DNA of 64,000 nt from an uncultured Hyphomicrobiales bacterium (GCA_943908365.1 CALTTH010000003.1:16875-80874); one strand, 5' to 3'; shown: positions 51,013 through 61,506, numbered from the stretch's first letter. The notes: generated from the sequence alone by a model not told the origin. A program made the numbers and translations.

Positions 51013-51037
51013 CGAACAAAGGCCCGCTTCGGCGGGC
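51008..51037 (+). terminator. Rho-independent terminator after gnd
   Basis: AAAGGCCCGC-TTCG-GCGGGCCTTT stem followed by TTTTT. Confidence 0.7.
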
Positions 51038-51220
51038 CTTTTTTTCGGGGCGATGAACGGTTGACGCGGTCTCAGGCATCATGGCCGGGGTTAACCCGAC
51101 CATCGATCTTTCAATGGATTGCCGGTCCCGACACCCGGTCGAAAATTTGGGCTCTCTTACTTTTTTGAAGCGACCGACAACGCCCGCGCTGACGTAGCGC
51201 GGCGCGTGCTAACGGCAAAT

Positions 51221-52255
51221 TCAATGTGCGGCTTTGCCTTGGCTGGCTGCAAGCATTCTCGACGCGCTGATCACGAGTTTGCGCTCTGCTCGCTCCTGTT
51301 GCGGCGTGCGGTTGTAGATTTCGCGATAACACTTGGAAAAGTGCGAGGCCGAGACGAAGCCACAGGCGACCGCGACTTCCACGACCGGCATGGCCGATTG
51401 CACCAGAAGGTGACGCGCCCGATCCAGCCTGATCTCAAGATAGTAGCGTGCGGGTGAACGGCCCATTTCCTGGCGAAACAATCGCTCCACCTGCCTGCGG
51501 GAAAGGTCGGCACCTTCGGCAATATCGAGAAGCGAAAGAGGCTCGGAGAGATTGCTTTCCATCAGCTCAATGATCGACAGAACCTTGTCGTTCTGCACGC
51601 CAAGACGGGCGCGGAGCGGCAGACGCTGGCGATCGTGTGGATTGCGCACACGGTCCGTCAACTGCTGTTCGCACACGCGGTTCACGAGGTTTTCGCCGAA
51701 ATCCTGACCGATCAGGTTCAGCATCATGTCGAGCGAAGCCGTTCCGCCGGCACAGGTATAAATATTGCCGTCCACTTCGTAGAGATCGGCATAGACTTCG
51801 ACTTGCGGAAAAGCCTCGGAGAAACCCGGGAGATTTTCCCAGTGGATCGCACAGCGCTTGCCATTCAGCAGTCCCGCCTGGGCAAGCACATGTGCGCCCG
51901 TACAGAGACTACCGACAGCAATGCCGCGATTGTTGACTTCACGCAGCCAGGCATTGACCGACTTGTTCACATATTGATCTATGTCGATCCCGGAACAGAC
52001 CAGCACCATGCTTGGGCGGTTCTCGCCGCCGATGCATTTGCGCTCTTCAGCAAGAGAGGTGTTCGCCTCGAGCGCAATACCGCTGGAGGAGGTCACTTTG
52101 AGGCCGTCAATGGAAGCAAGGCGCCATTCATAGGCATCGTAGCCGAGCATGCGGTTGGCGATACGCAACGTTTCCACCGCCGCCGTAAACGGAAGCATGG
52201 TGAACTGAGGAACCATGAAAAATACGATTGAACGTTTCTTGGGAGTTTTGCTCAT
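51221..52255 (-). CDS. GlxA-type regulator (DJ-1/PfpI domain plus AraC HTH)
   Basis: N-terminal DJ-1-like domain and C-terminal AraC-type HTH; start chosen at MSKTPKK, which has a GGAG RBS. Confidence 0.75.
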   Translation of the reverse strand: MSKTPKKRSIVFFMVPQFTMLPFTAAVETLRIANRMLGYDAYEWRLASIDGLKVTSSSGIALEANTSLAEERKCIGGENRPSMVLVCSGIDIDQYVNKSVNAWLREVNNRGIAVGSLCTGAHVLAQAGLLNGKRCAIHWENLPGFSEAFPQVEVYADLYEVDGNIYTCAGGTASLDMMLNLIGQDFGENLVNRVCEQQLTDRVRNPHDRQRLPLRARLGVQNDKVLSIIELMESNLSEPLSLLDIAEGADLSRRQVERLFRQEMGRSPARYYLEIRLDRARHLLVQSAMPVVEVAVACGFVSASHFSKCYREIYNRTPQQERAERKLVISASRMLAASQGKAAH

Positions 52256-52620
52256 CACGACCATGCTCCATTTTGCGGAAAAGCAATTTCTTGCTTGGAA
52301 ACTATCATCTGTATGTTCTGAATGCGACGGCCTGAGGGAGAAATACGACGCGGCTTCTTCCACGTCAAAAAAACAATCCGTGAGACCGGCTTGACAAACG
52401 GCAATATCTAATTTGCGACATGCCGTTTCGAGATATTTTGCATTTTATTAATATTGTTTTCAATTTTGTCCCGCATGCTCTCATCAAGTCGCCGAATTGC
52501 GCGTTCTGTTGGAAAGATGGAATGGCGGACGTCGAAGCCACCGCCACCCATCGGGTGCCACAGCACGTGAACCGCCAAGTCTTGTGTACGGCGGTCCAGG
52601 CTTAAAGCGGAGTATTTCGT

Positions 52621-53046
52621 ATGCAGGAAGCTGGCGTGACGGTATTGGTCGTCGAAGACGAACCAATCATTCGATTTGCCCTTGTGGATGCCTTGGAAGA
52701 GAAGGGCTACCGCGTTTTGGAAGCATCCAATGTGCTGGAAGCCGTGGGTGTGATCGGCAAGAACGAGCAGATCGCTGCCGTGGTGACCGATATCGACATG
52801 CCGGGCGGTTTGTCCGGTCTCGATCTCGTCGAGACCTTAGACAAGTCTCAACATCACATTGCAGTCGTCGTCACTTCCGGGGGACATGCATCTGAATCGT
52901 TGGACCTTCCAGCAGACGCCCGCTTCTTCAGCAAGCCCTATCATTTCGACGACATTCTCTTCGCCGTGCGCTCCGCTATCGCCGCCAAGGCAAAGCTGTT
53001 GAAGAAGCGCCGCGGCTTGCGCCTCGTCGGCGCCGCGGCGCAGTGA
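52621..53046 (+). CDS. Single-domain CheY-like response regulator receiver
   Basis: VLVVEDEPIIRFAL...VTDIDMPG with the conserved Asp. Confidence 0.75.
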   Translation: MQEAGVTVLVVEDEPIIRFALVDALEEKGYRVLEASNVLEAVGVIGKNEQIAAVVTDIDMPGGLSGLDLVETLDKSQHHIAVVVTSGGHASESLDLPADARFFSKPYHFDDILFAVRSAIAAKAKLLKKRRGLRLVGAAAQ

Positions 53047-53093
53047 CCCTTGAAGGTGCCGCGCCGGTCTTGGAACGACCGGTTCTGCCCATA

Positions 53094-53121
53094 TAGAAAA
53101 AGCCGGAGGGTCACTCCGGCT
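53094..53121 (-). terminator. Rho-independent terminator downstream of glgX
   Basis: GCCGGAG-GGTCA-CTCCGGC stem with a T-run on the minus strand. Confidence 0.55.
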
Positions 53122-53153
53122 TTCATTCTCACATCAGCTTCTGCCACCGATGA

Positions 53154-55229
53154 TTACGCGGCGCGCAGCAAGACCAGGCTTCGGGCTTCCATCGTATAGT
53201 TCTGCGCGTTGGCAATCTGGTTGCCAGTCACGGTTGGGTCGGCTGTGGTCAGTTCCGTCATCCAGCCGTGCTCGACTTCAGGAAGCTTGAACTCGACATC
53301 GCCCTCATGCGGATTGAAGAGAATGAGGACATCATTCCATTCGTCACCTTCCGGGCCGCCTTCTCGGGTCATGCGCAGGCCAAGCGATGTGCTTCCCGCG
53401 TCCGCCCAATGTTCCGGCGTCTGCTCTCCACCGCCTGGGTTCAGCCAGGTTACATGCGTGCCGTCATGCCAGCTGTCGCGACGAAGCACGGAATGGGTCT
53501 GCCTCAGCTCGATCAGGCGGCGGGTGAACTCGCGCAACGTCTCGGCACTTTCCGGCAGCCCTTCCCAGTGGACCCAGCTCAGATCGCTATCCTGGCAATA
53601 GCCGTTGTTGTTGCCCATCTGGCTGCGGCCGAACTCGTCGCCTGCAAGGATCATCGGCGTGCCATGAGAAAGCAGAAGGGTTGCGAGGAAATTGCGCTTC
53701 TGGCGATCACGAACGGCGTTGATGCCTTCGTCATCCGTCGGGCCTTCAACGCCGTAGTTGAAGCTTCGATTGTCGCTGTGACCGTCCTTGTTGTCTTCGC
53801 CGTTCGCCTCGTTGTGCTTCTCATTGTAGGACACGAGGTCGTTTAGGGTGAAGCCGTCATGCGCAGTGATGAAGTTCACACTTGCCCAGGTCTTGCGGCC
53901 GCGAAGATCGTAGACATCGCCGGAACCGAGAACGCGCGCAGCAAAGTCACCGGCCGTGCCATCCTCATCCTTCCAGTATTCGCGCACCGTGTCGCGATAC
54001 TTGTCGTTCCACTCCGCCCAGCCGGGCGGGAAGCCGCCGGCCTGATAACCGCCAGGGCCGATATCCCAGGGCTCACCAACGAGCTTCAGGCGAGACAGCA
54101 CTGGATCCTGGCCGACAGCATCAAAGAAACCGCTGCGCTGGTCGAACCCTTCCGGCTCGCGACCCAGAATGGTGCCGAGGTCGAAGCGGAAGCCGTCAAC
54201 ATGCATATCTTCGGCCCAGTAGCGCAACGAGTCCGTCACCATCTGCAGCACGCGCGGGTGAGAGGTATTAACGGTGTTTCCCGTTCCCGTGTCGTTGATG
54301 TAATAGCGGGGCTGATCGGGCAGGGTGCGGTAATAGGAGAAGTTGTCGATTCCCTTGAAGGAGAGGGTCGGTCCGAGCTCATTGCCTTCTGCCGTGTGGT
54401 TATAGACCACGTCGAGAATGACTTCGATGCCGCCATCGTGGAAAGCCCGCACCATATCGCGGAAACCTGCCATGGCACGCGGGCCGTAGTAACGCGATGC
54501 CGGTGCAAAGAAGGCAAGAGAGTTATAGCCCCAGAAGTTCTTCAGCCCCTTGTCGAGTAGATGCGAATCGTCGGGGAAGTAGTGAATCGGAAGAAGCTCG
54601 ATCGACGTGATGCCGAGGCTTTTGATGTAAGAAACGACATCCTTGTGGCCGAGCCCTTCGTAGGTACCCTTGAGCTCCTCGGGCAGGGCAGGGTGAAGCT
54701 TGGTAAAGCCCTTGACGTGCGTTTCGTAGAAGATGGTCTTCGACCACGGAATGTTCGGCCGCTTGTCGCCGCTCCAGTCGTAGTCTTTTGGATCGATCAC
54801 GCGGCACTTGGGCATCTTGGAGGCGCTGTCGGCCTCGTTGAAGGACAGATCCTTCTCCTCGCTGTTCAGATCGTAGCCGAATTGCTCCTGGCCCCACTGG
54901 ATGTCGCCCACCAGTTCGCGCGCGTAAGGGTCGACCAGCAGCTTGTTGGGGTTGAAGCGGTGGCCGTTCTCCGGATCATAGGGGCCGTGGACGCGATATC
55001 CATAAAGGGCACCGGGCTTCAGTCCCGGAACATAGCCGTGCCAGATTTCGTTGGTGAACTCCGGCAGAGTGATGCGCTCGATTTCGGTGTTGCCCGTCTC
55101 ATCGAAAAGACAAAGTTCGACCCGTTGTGCACATGCGCTGAAGATTGCAAAATTTACGCCGTCGCCATCGAAATTGGCGCCCAGACGTGTGAAATCGCCG
55201 GGCTGAATGCTAGAGCCGAACTTGGACAT
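53154..55229 (-). CDS. glgX: Glycogen debranching enzyme GlgX (GH13)
   Basis: GH13 catalytic regions and full length (691 aa). Confidence 0.9.
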   Translation of the reverse strand: MSKFGSSIQPGDFTRLGANFDGDGVNFAIFSACAQRVELCLFDETGNTEIERITLPEFTNEIWHGYVPGLKPGALYGYRVHGPYDPENGHRFNPNKLLVDPYARELVGDIQWGQEQFGYDLNSEEKDLSFNEADSASKMPKCRVIDPKDYDWSGDKRPNIPWSKTIFYETHVKGFTKLHPALPEELKGTYEGLGHKDVVSYIKSLGITSIELLPIHYFPDDSHLLDKGLKNFWGYNSLAFFAPASRYYGPRAMAGFRDMVRAFHDGGIEVILDVVYNHTAEGNELGPTLSFKGIDNFSYYRTLPDQPRYYINDTGTGNTVNTSHPRVLQMVTDSLRYWAEDMHVDGFRFDLGTILGREPEGFDQRSGFFDAVGQDPVLSRLKLVGEPWDIGPGGYQAGGFPPGWAEWNDKYRDTVREYWKDEDGTAGDFAARVLGSGDVYDLRGRKTWASVNFITAHDGFTLNDLVSYNEKHNEANGEDNKDGHSDNRSFNYGVEGPTDDEGINAVRDRQKRNFLATLLLSHGTPMILAGDEFGRSQMGNNNGYCQDSDLSWVHWEGLPESAETLREFTRRLIELRQTHSVLRRDSWHDGTHVTWLNPGGGEQTPEHWADAGSTSLGLRMTREGGPEGDEWNDVLILFNPHEGDVEFKLPEVEHGWMTELTTADPTVTGNQIANAQNYTMEARSLVLLRAA

Positions 55230-55290
55230 GGGTTTCCTCTTGATGAAGTGACCGAGTGAAACTGGCTTGTCTGTGGTTTGTTCCGCAGCG

Positions 55291-55328
55291 CAAAAAAATG
55301 GCCCGCCGGAATATCCTGGCGAGCCATT
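55291..55328 (-). terminator. Rho-independent terminator of the DUF1127 gene
   Basis: AATGGCCCGCC...GGCGAGCCATT stem with TTTTTTT on the minus strand. Confidence 0.55.
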
Positions 55329-55365
55329 TACTCATTTATCTCGACGCAGCGTCGACAGCATTTGT

Positions 55366-55566
55366 TCACTTGCGGATGGTGTCGTTGGCAGGCCATCCAA
55401 TGTCCTTCAATGTGTCTGCGGGCAGGCTCTCGAGAATGCGCAGGTTTCGTCTGCGTTGCCAGGAAGCACAAAGCTCGAACCCAGCGGTGACCACGCTAGA
55501 TATCCAGGATGGCGGGCGTAGCCGAAGCCAGCTACCGGTCTCCTCATGTGCGATTATCATAGTCAT
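55366..55566 (-). CDS. DUF1127-family small protein (66 aa)
   Basis: AAGGAGC RBS; C-terminal L..L.ADTLKDIGW..D motif typical of DUF1127; own terminator. Confidence 0.55.
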   Translation of the reverse strand: MTMIIAHEETGSWLRLRPPSWISSVVTAGFELCASWQRRRNLRILESLPADTLKDIGWPANDTIRK

Positions 55567-55804
55567 TTTTAACGCTCCTTCCTTTTTGTTTCAGCGCCTG
55601 TCGTCAATGCGACACGACACCTATGCGCTCGCCAAAATCATCAATCAATGGAATGGCAGTGATGGTATCCATGACATTTTGTGTTGCTTTCTCCTTATGG
55701 AAAATGTGATCGTTTCTGCATGTAAGGGAGCATGGACGTCGCTTGACATTCAATCAAACGAAATGATATCGATCTATCATTCAGAAAAATTGACGGACAC
55801 GGTC

Positions 55805-56713
55805 ATGACTGTTTCATTTCGCCAGCCTCTTCCCTTGCTTGATAACGATATCCTCCGCACCTTCGTCGCAATCGCCGAGACGGGCAATTTTTCGACGGCT
55901 GCCGAGGCGGTTTTTCGAACGCCCTCCGCAGTGTCCATGCAGATCAAGAAACTCGAAGAGCAGTTGAAGACGACGCTGTTCCTGCGGGATGCACGTTCGG
56001 TGACGCTGACTGCGCATGGCGAGACCCTGCTGACCTATGCCAGACGAATGATCGCGCTGTCGAACGAGGCCGTGTCTCGCTTCGTCATGCCGGAACTGTC
56101 CGGCGTCGTGAAGCTGGGTGCGCCAGATGATCTCGGTCAGCGCGGATTGCTACCCGGCATCCTCAAGCGCTTTGCGGAAGCTTTTCCCGCAATCATGGTG
56201 GACGTCACGATCGACTCCAGTTCGCAACTTTACAAGCGCATCGATGAGCAGCGGCTTGATCTGGCGCTGGTCAATTGCGCTTCCCATCCCTTGCGCGATA
56301 CCGGCGAAGTCTTAATGCGGGAACGGCTGGTCTGGGCGGGTGCGAAATGCGGCACCGCGCATTTGCGCGATCCATTGCCGATCTCGATCTGGGAGGATGG
56401 CTGCATTTGGCGGTCAGAAGCGATCAACGCGCTGGATAAGCGCAATCGTCCGTATCGGGTTGCCTATCTCAGCGGTCACACGATGGCGCAAAGAGCGGCA
56501 ATCGAAGCCGATCTGGCGATTGCGCCGCTTCCGCGCTCCTACGTCCATAACGACATGGTCATTCTTGGAGAAAAGGAGGGACTGCCGCCGCTTGGCAGTT
56601 TCGATATCCGCCTGATCATGAACGACAAAGTGTCCCGTCCGATCCAGGCCGTTGCAGACAGTATTCGGAATGCGTTTCGCGATGTCGCGCAGGTTGGCGC
56701 AGATCGTGGGTGA
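55805..56713 (+). CDS. LysR-family transcriptional regulator
   Basis: N-terminal HTH LRTFVAIAETGNFSTAAEAVFRTPSAVSMQIKKLEEQL. The 184-aa N-terminal extension in the ORF track is not believable; start moved to MTVSF. Confidence 0.75.
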   Translation: MTVSFRQPLPLLDNDILRTFVAIAETGNFSTAAEAVFRTPSAVSMQIKKLEEQLKTTLFLRDARSVTLTAHGETLLTYARRMIALSNEAVSRFVMPELSGVVKLGAPDDLGQRGLLPGILKRFAEAFPAIMVDVTIDSSSQLYKRIDEQRLDLALVNCASHPLRDTGEVLMRERLVWAGAKCGTAHLRDPLPISIWEDGCIWRSEAINALDKRNRPYRVAYLSGHTMAQRAAIEADLAIAPLPRSYVHNDMVILGEKEGLPPLGSFDIRLIMNDKVSRPIQAVADSIRNAFRDVAQVGADRG

Positions 56714-56829
56714 AATAGGTTGCGCCCTCACGTTTTTTTGAAAACGCGTGGAACCTGAGCAAGTTTGCGGCGTTTTTCGTGCGTCACGGATCACGCCTGC
56801 AGGTGCAGGCTCAAGGGGAGTTTTGAAAT

Positions 56830-56991
56830 ATGACGACACGTGCACTCGCAACCGTTGCTGCCATTCTCGTTACGGTCGCTAGCCTTAGCTCTTGCGGCAA
56901 CACAATTCGCGGCGTCGGCCGTGACACAGCGAATGCCGTGGATGCAACGCAGGATGCAGGACGCAGCGTGGACCGCGCAGCGCGCCGTTGA
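56830..56991 (+). CDS. Entericidin EcnA/B-family lipoprotein
   Basis: MTTRALATVAAILVTVASLSSCGNTIRGVGRDTANAVDATQDAG: lipobox LSSC and the entericidin pattern CNTxRGxGxD; AGGGGAG RBS. Missing from the ORF track. Confidence 0.7.
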   Translation: MTTRALATVAAILVTVASLSSCGNTIRGVGRDTANAVDATQDAGRSVDRAARR

Positions 56992-57035
56992 CACGATCAT
57001 GGCACCGCCGCGTGCCGTAGGTTGACGAAAATGAT

Positions 57036-57069
57036 GAAGCCGACGAGCAATCGTCGGCTTTTCTGTTTT
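57036..57069 (+). terminator. Rho-independent terminator after the entericidin gene
   Basis: GAAGCCGACG...CGTCGGCTT stem followed by TTCTGTTTT. Confidence 0.6.
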
Positions 57070-57194
57070 CAGCAAGTGCCAAGCTGGCTTTTCAAGCGTG
57101 TCGCGATCTTTCAGATTCGCTCCCCACGCTTTCGATCCCTGTATTGTCGCATGTCGTTACCGCAAGACCGTTTCGCACTTTTGCGCGACATGCT

Positions 57195-57932
57195 TCAGGC
57201 CGCTTTCTTAGCCGGCTTCGTAGCGACGGCCTTTGCACCCGCAGCCTTGGCGGATTTGGCCGCAGCGGTCTTTGCAGGAACGATGCTTAGGACGTCGAGG
57301 GCAAGCGCATGCGCATTCTCACACGCCTTGTCCAGGTTGCTGACGCGCTCGGGATCCATCATATGCGGGGCACCGCCAGTCACGAACATATCGCGATAGG
57401 CAGCGCGTTCTACCAAAGGCGTTCCCAGCACGTGCACCATCTTCTCCGCCAGCAAAGACTTCACAGCCTGCATGGAGCGGGTAGTGATGATTGGGCTGAT
57501 GCGCGTCAGAATGACCGAATGCGGAATATGGATGTCACAACGCTCGGCAAGGTCCTTCAGAAGACCGAGAACTTCGGCGCCGCCCACAGCATCCATGGCG
57601 CAGCCTTGCACAGGAATAAGCACGTGATTGGCAAAGCCAATGGCCTTCGCCATGAGCGGTGACCGCCCACCGGGAAGATCGACGATAACATAACCGCCGC
57701 GCTTCTTGCTGCCCTTGATATGGCCTTCGATGGTCTCATCGCTCACGTCCGAAATGACCGAAAGGTTTTTCTGGGCTTTCGTCAGCCCGTACCACCTGGA
57801 CGTCCACTGTTGCGGATCCGCATCCAGCAACGTGACGCGGTGTCCCAGTCGGGCAAGCTCGCTGGCAATGATGACGGCAGCCGTCGTTTTTCCCGCTCCG
57901 CCTTTGGTATTTGCAAATGTAATGACTGGCAC
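57195..57932 (-). CDS. Orphan ParA/MinD-like ATPase with a Lys/Ala-rich C-terminal tail
   Basis: Deviant Walker A motif KGGAGKT; GTG start with an AGGGG RBS. The C-terminus ends AKTAAAKSAKAAGAKAVATKPAKKAA. Confidence 0.7.
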   Translation of the reverse strand: MPVITFANTKGGAGKTTAAVIIASELARLGHRVTLLDADPQQWTSRWYGLTKAQKNLSVISDVSDETIEGHIKGSKKRGGYVIVDLPGGRSPLMAKAIGFANHVLIPVQGCAMDAVGGAEVLGLLKDLAERCDIHIPHSVILTRISPIITTRSMQAVKSLLAEKMVHVLGTPLVERAAYRDMFVTGGAPHMMDPERVSNLDKACENAHALALDVLSIVPAKTAAAKSAKAAGAKAVATKPAKKAA

Positions 57933-58167
57933 TGTCTGAACCCCTGATCTTGTGTTCGAGCCGTATCATCGCCCGCAATCGACAACCGCTTCATCATGAA
58001 ACGGAACGTGTTTTCTTATTTGATTGTAGTGCTGCGGCCTCAATTCAGACGGAAAGTCCGTCTGGAAAGAAGGTGGCCTCGTCTCAGATCTTTTGAATCT
58101 TGCTTATGCGGCGCACCGGCGCCCACCCAATAGAAACGATGATTCTTTACTTCCGCCAAGGGGAAAT

Positions 58168-58923
58168 ATGCGCCGCTTTGTAATATATTTTTTGTCATTG
58201 CTTTTCGCAACACAAGTACGCGGTAGTGAATTACCTTCCTACTGTCTCAGAATGGAACACGCCCGCGCGGCTTATACGGTTTGCAGCTTTGATCCAAGCA
58301 AAGTCGATATCCGGCTTTTTAGCCGTGACGACGCCACGGGCGCCTCCTATGGCGGCTTTGCTGCATTGTCGTCGGCCCTGTGGCGGCAGCATCAGTTCAT
58401 CGTCTTCGCCATGAATGGCGGCATGTACCACCGCGATCTCTCTCCAGTCGGGCTCTACATAGACAACAAGATCGAGAAGACACCGATCAGCACTGCCGGA
58501 GGCTGGGGCAATTTCCACATGCAGCCGAATGGCGTTTTCTTCATTGCCGAGGGGAAAGCGGGCGTGCGCGAAACCAGCGCTTACCTAAATGCCAATCTCA
58601 AACCCGATCTTGCCACGCAATCAGGGCCAATGCTCGTCATCGATGGAAAACTCCATCCGCGCTTCCTTGCCGACAGCGACAGTTTCAAACGCCGAAACGG
58701 CGTCGGCGTCTCATCCGACGGCATCGTCCATTTCGTCATCTCGGAAGACCCGGTGCGCTTCTATGATTTCGCCACGCTGTTCCGCGACAGGTTGAAGACC
58801 GACAACGCTCTTTATCTGGATGGCACGATCTCGAGCGTCGACATTCCCGCGGCGGGCAGGCGCGATAGTCTTTTCCCTATGGGGCCAATCATCGCTGTCG
58901 TGGAACGGGTGCCGGACTTATAG
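58168..58923 (+). CDS. DUF2233 (phosphodiester glycosidase-like) secreted protein
   Basis: Signal peptide MRRFVIYFLSLLFATQVRG; the central region and C-terminus fit DUF2233. Start moved to the ATG that has an AGGGGA RBS. Confidence 0.55.
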   Translation: MRRFVIYFLSLLFATQVRGSELPSYCLRMEHARAAYTVCSFDPSKVDIRLFSRDDATGASYGGFAALSSALWRQHQFIVFAMNGGMYHRDLSPVGLYIDNKIEKTPISTAGGWGNFHMQPNGVFFIAEGKAGVRETSAYLNANLKPDLATQSGPMLVIDGKLHPRFLADSDSFKRRNGVGVSSDGIVHFVISEDPVRFYDFATLFRDRLKTDNALYLDGTISSVDIPAAGRRDSLFPMGPIIAVVERVPDL

Positions 58924-59271
58924 AGGTGACTTGGGATAGGCTTTTTCAAGCCCGCCAGATTTGGCGAACCCGCTTTTAAACGCGTTATAGGCAGGGTGCT
59001 GGCTACTCTTGGCGACCTCGTGAAGGCGGATCTGCAGGCGGGCAGGGGCATTGTCACCAAACCACCTACCGCACTTTTCCAGCTTCAGAGCATTCAGAAA
59101 GCGCGACTCAGATTCCCTGTCGAGAAAAACGAGAAGGCCTTCCAGCAGCGCTTCGTCCTGTTGTGGATTTTCTAAGAGAAGTCTCAACCAGGCCTCGTCG
59201 TCTGCGCTGAGCGTCGAAATCTTCGAGGCCACGGTATCCCGGTCTGGAAAAGCTGATGAAGCGCTCTGCAT
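58918..59271 (-). CDS. Hypothetical 117-aa protein
   Basis: GGGGG RBS; convergent with the DUF2233 gene and overlapping it by 6 nt; no recognisable family. Confidence 0.4.
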   Translation of the reverse strand: MQSASSAFPDRDTVASKISTLSADDEAWLRLLLENPQQDEALLEGLLVFLDRESESRFLNALKLEKCGRWFGDNAPARLQIRLHEVAKSSQHPAYNAFKSGFAKSGGLEKAYPKSPL

Positions 59272-59783
59272 GATTCCCCCGCTCTGCTTGAGTGTCCTTC
59301 CGGTAGTGCAGTGATAGGTGCTTTTCAAGCAGTCTTTGCGAACTCGCGCAGTACGCCAAGTCGAGCGCCTCTTCAACGACAGAAAAGCTTCCAAGGTAGG
59401 CGTGTCTTGCAGTGTTTACACTCGTGTCCGAATTGAGGTCACAAAGCTGACAGCACCTCGCTGACCATCACCTGGTAAGCACTTGTTTTTTCATATACCT
59501 ATGCGCTGGACGTATGGCAGGTCGCAGGATTCGCCTTGGTTTAGCCTCTTTTTGCATTTGCGTTCGTCATATATTTTTAATAAATGGTTGCGCCACGGGA
59601 CGCGCTGCAAGAGCCGCCCGAAGAGTGAACACGCTGGAGTCATCATGGAAGAAACCGCTCAGAAATCCTGCTGGGGTGTTACGTTACGCGCACTTGCAGG
59701 CTTCGCTGCTTTTCTCGCATTGACCTATCTTTTTGGTACGCCGTAAGCATCTCACTTTTTAAAAATATTTTTTCGCAAAACAG

Positions 59784-59816
59784 CGCGGCCTCTCCCGAGA
59801 GCCGCGTTGTTTTTGT
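59784..59816 (+). terminator. Rho-independent terminator upstream of sdaA
   Basis: CGCGGCCTCTC...GAGAGCCGCG stem followed by TTGTTTTTGT. Confidence 0.5.
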
Positions 59817-60038
59817 CTGGCGATCCCCTCGAGCGCCGTGCGTCCCTTTGGAGGCACAGAGGACGCTCCATCGCTTTAAACTCCACGCATCGCGCTTTCC
59901 CGAAATTGGTCCCGATTTCGGGTCGATGCTGTCATTGCCACAGCGCTACCGACACAGTTTTGGCCGCTTTTTGATATGGTTCGCGCCGTGCGCTTCCGGT
60001 AGAGTCGCGCAATAGGTCTATACATAGGGCATCCCAGA

Positions 60039-61442
60039 ATGTTTCTTTCCGTCTTCGACGTGTTCAAAATCGGCATCGGACCTTCCAGCTCCCACACAAT
60101 GGGACCCATGTCGGCTGCCAACCGCTTTCTTGAACTGATCCTGTCGGATGACTGGCCCCGGCCGTCAGGCGCCGCCGTATCTGCCATCAAGGTCAGCCTG
60201 CACGGCTCGCTTGCCTTTACAGGTATCGGGCATGGATCGGGTAAGGCTGTGGTTTTGGGGCTGACGGGCGAAAAACCCGACCAGGTCGATCCCGACGCGA
60301 TGGACGGTATTATTGCTGAAGTGGAGCGCACGGGCCGCGTGACACCGCCCGGTCATGCGTCCTATGCCTTTCGTCCAGACGAAGACCTCGTTTTCGACAA
60401 GAAGAACCCGCTTCCCGGTCACGCCAACGGCATGACCTTCTCCGCCTACGACAATCAGGGCAGGATGCTGTTGAAGCGCATCTATTACTCAGTGGGCGGC
60501 GGCTTCGTGGTCACAGACACCGAACTCGACGCCATGCGCCAGCGCGGCAAGACCGTCGATAACGGCCCCAAGGTTCCTTATCCCTTTGCCACGGCAAAGG
60601 AGATGTTGGACATGGCAGCCCGCTCTGGCCGTACCATTGCCCAGATGAAGCGCGCCAACGAAGAGACGGTTATGAGCCGCGACGCGCTGAACAGTCGCCT
60701 TGACCAGATCTGGGAGGCTATGAACGGCTGTATCGAACGTGGTCTGAAGGGCGAGGGCATCATGCCGGGCGGTCTGAAGGTTCGCCGACGTGCGCGCTCA
60801 ATCCACGATAAGCTCAACGCCGAATGGCGCAGCAATCGGCTGAACCCCGTTCTCGCCAATGACTGGCTGAGCGTTTACGCCATGGCGGTCAATGAAGAGA
60901 ACGCAGTCGGCGGTCGTGTCGTGACCGCTCCGACCAATGGAGCGGCAGGCGTCGTGCCCGCCACCGTTCGCTACTTCCGCCACTTCCACGAGGATGCCTC
61001 GGTCGATGACGTTCGTGACTTCCTGCTGACGGCGGCGGCGATCGGCGGGATCATCAAGCACAATGCGTCGATTTCCGGCGCCGAAGTGGGCTGTCAGGGT
61101 GAGGTTGGCTCCGCGGCGGCTATGGCGGCGGCGGGTCTTGCTGCGGTGATGGGCGGCTCGCCGGCGCAGGTGGAAAATGCTGCCGAAATCGCGCTCGAAC
61201 ACCATCTTGGCATGACATGCGATCCGGTTGCGGGTCTGGTGCAGGTGCCCTGTATCGAGCGCAACGCGCTTGGCGCAGTGAAAGCCGTGACGGCCGCCTC
61301 GCTCGCGTTGAAGGGGGATGGAGAACATTTCGTGCCGCTCGACGCCTGTATCGAAACCATGCGCCAGACCGGCAATGATATGAGCGAGAAATACAAGGAA
61401 ACCTCCACCGGCGGCCTCGCCGTCAATGTCGTGGAATGTTGA
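60039..61442 (+). CDS. sdaA: L-serine dehydratase, single-chain Fe-S type
   Basis: [25 protein letters not shown]-terminus and full alpha-plus-beta domain length (467 aa). Confidence 0.9.
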   Translation: MFLSVFDVFKIGIGPSSSHTMGPMSAANRFLELILSDDWPRPSGAAVSAIKVSLHGSLAFTGIGHGSGKAVVLGLTGEKPDQVDPDAMDGIIAEVERTGRVTPPGHASYAFRPDEDLVFDKKNPLPGHANGMTFSAYDNQGRMLLKRIYYSVGGGFVVTDTELDAMRQRGKTVDNGPKVPYPFATAKEMLDMAARSGRTIAQMKRANEETVMSRDALNSRLDQIWEAMNGCIERGLKGEGIMPGGLKVRRRARSIHDKLNAEWRSNRLNPVLANDWLSVYAMAVNEENAVGGRVVTAPTNGAAGVVPATVRYFRHFHEDASVDDVRDFLLTAAAIGGIIKHNASISGAEVGCQGEVGSAAAMAAAGLAAVMGGSPAQVENAAEIALEHHLGMTCDPVAGLVQVPCIERNALGAVKAVTAASLALKGDGEHFVPLDACIETMRQTGNDMSEKYKETSTGGLAVNVVEC

Positions 61443-61506
61443 TATTTGATGGCGCGATTGTTTGACGGGCGCTTGACGCGTCCGTCGAAACGGCATTGAT
61501 AGCGGC

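Noticed and set aside
55256-55804. N-terminal 183 aa of the 485-aa ORF-track protein
   Set aside because: The recognisable LysR regulator begins at 55805. The upstream in-frame extension runs through an intergenic region that carries a minus-strand DUF1127 gene and a terminator.
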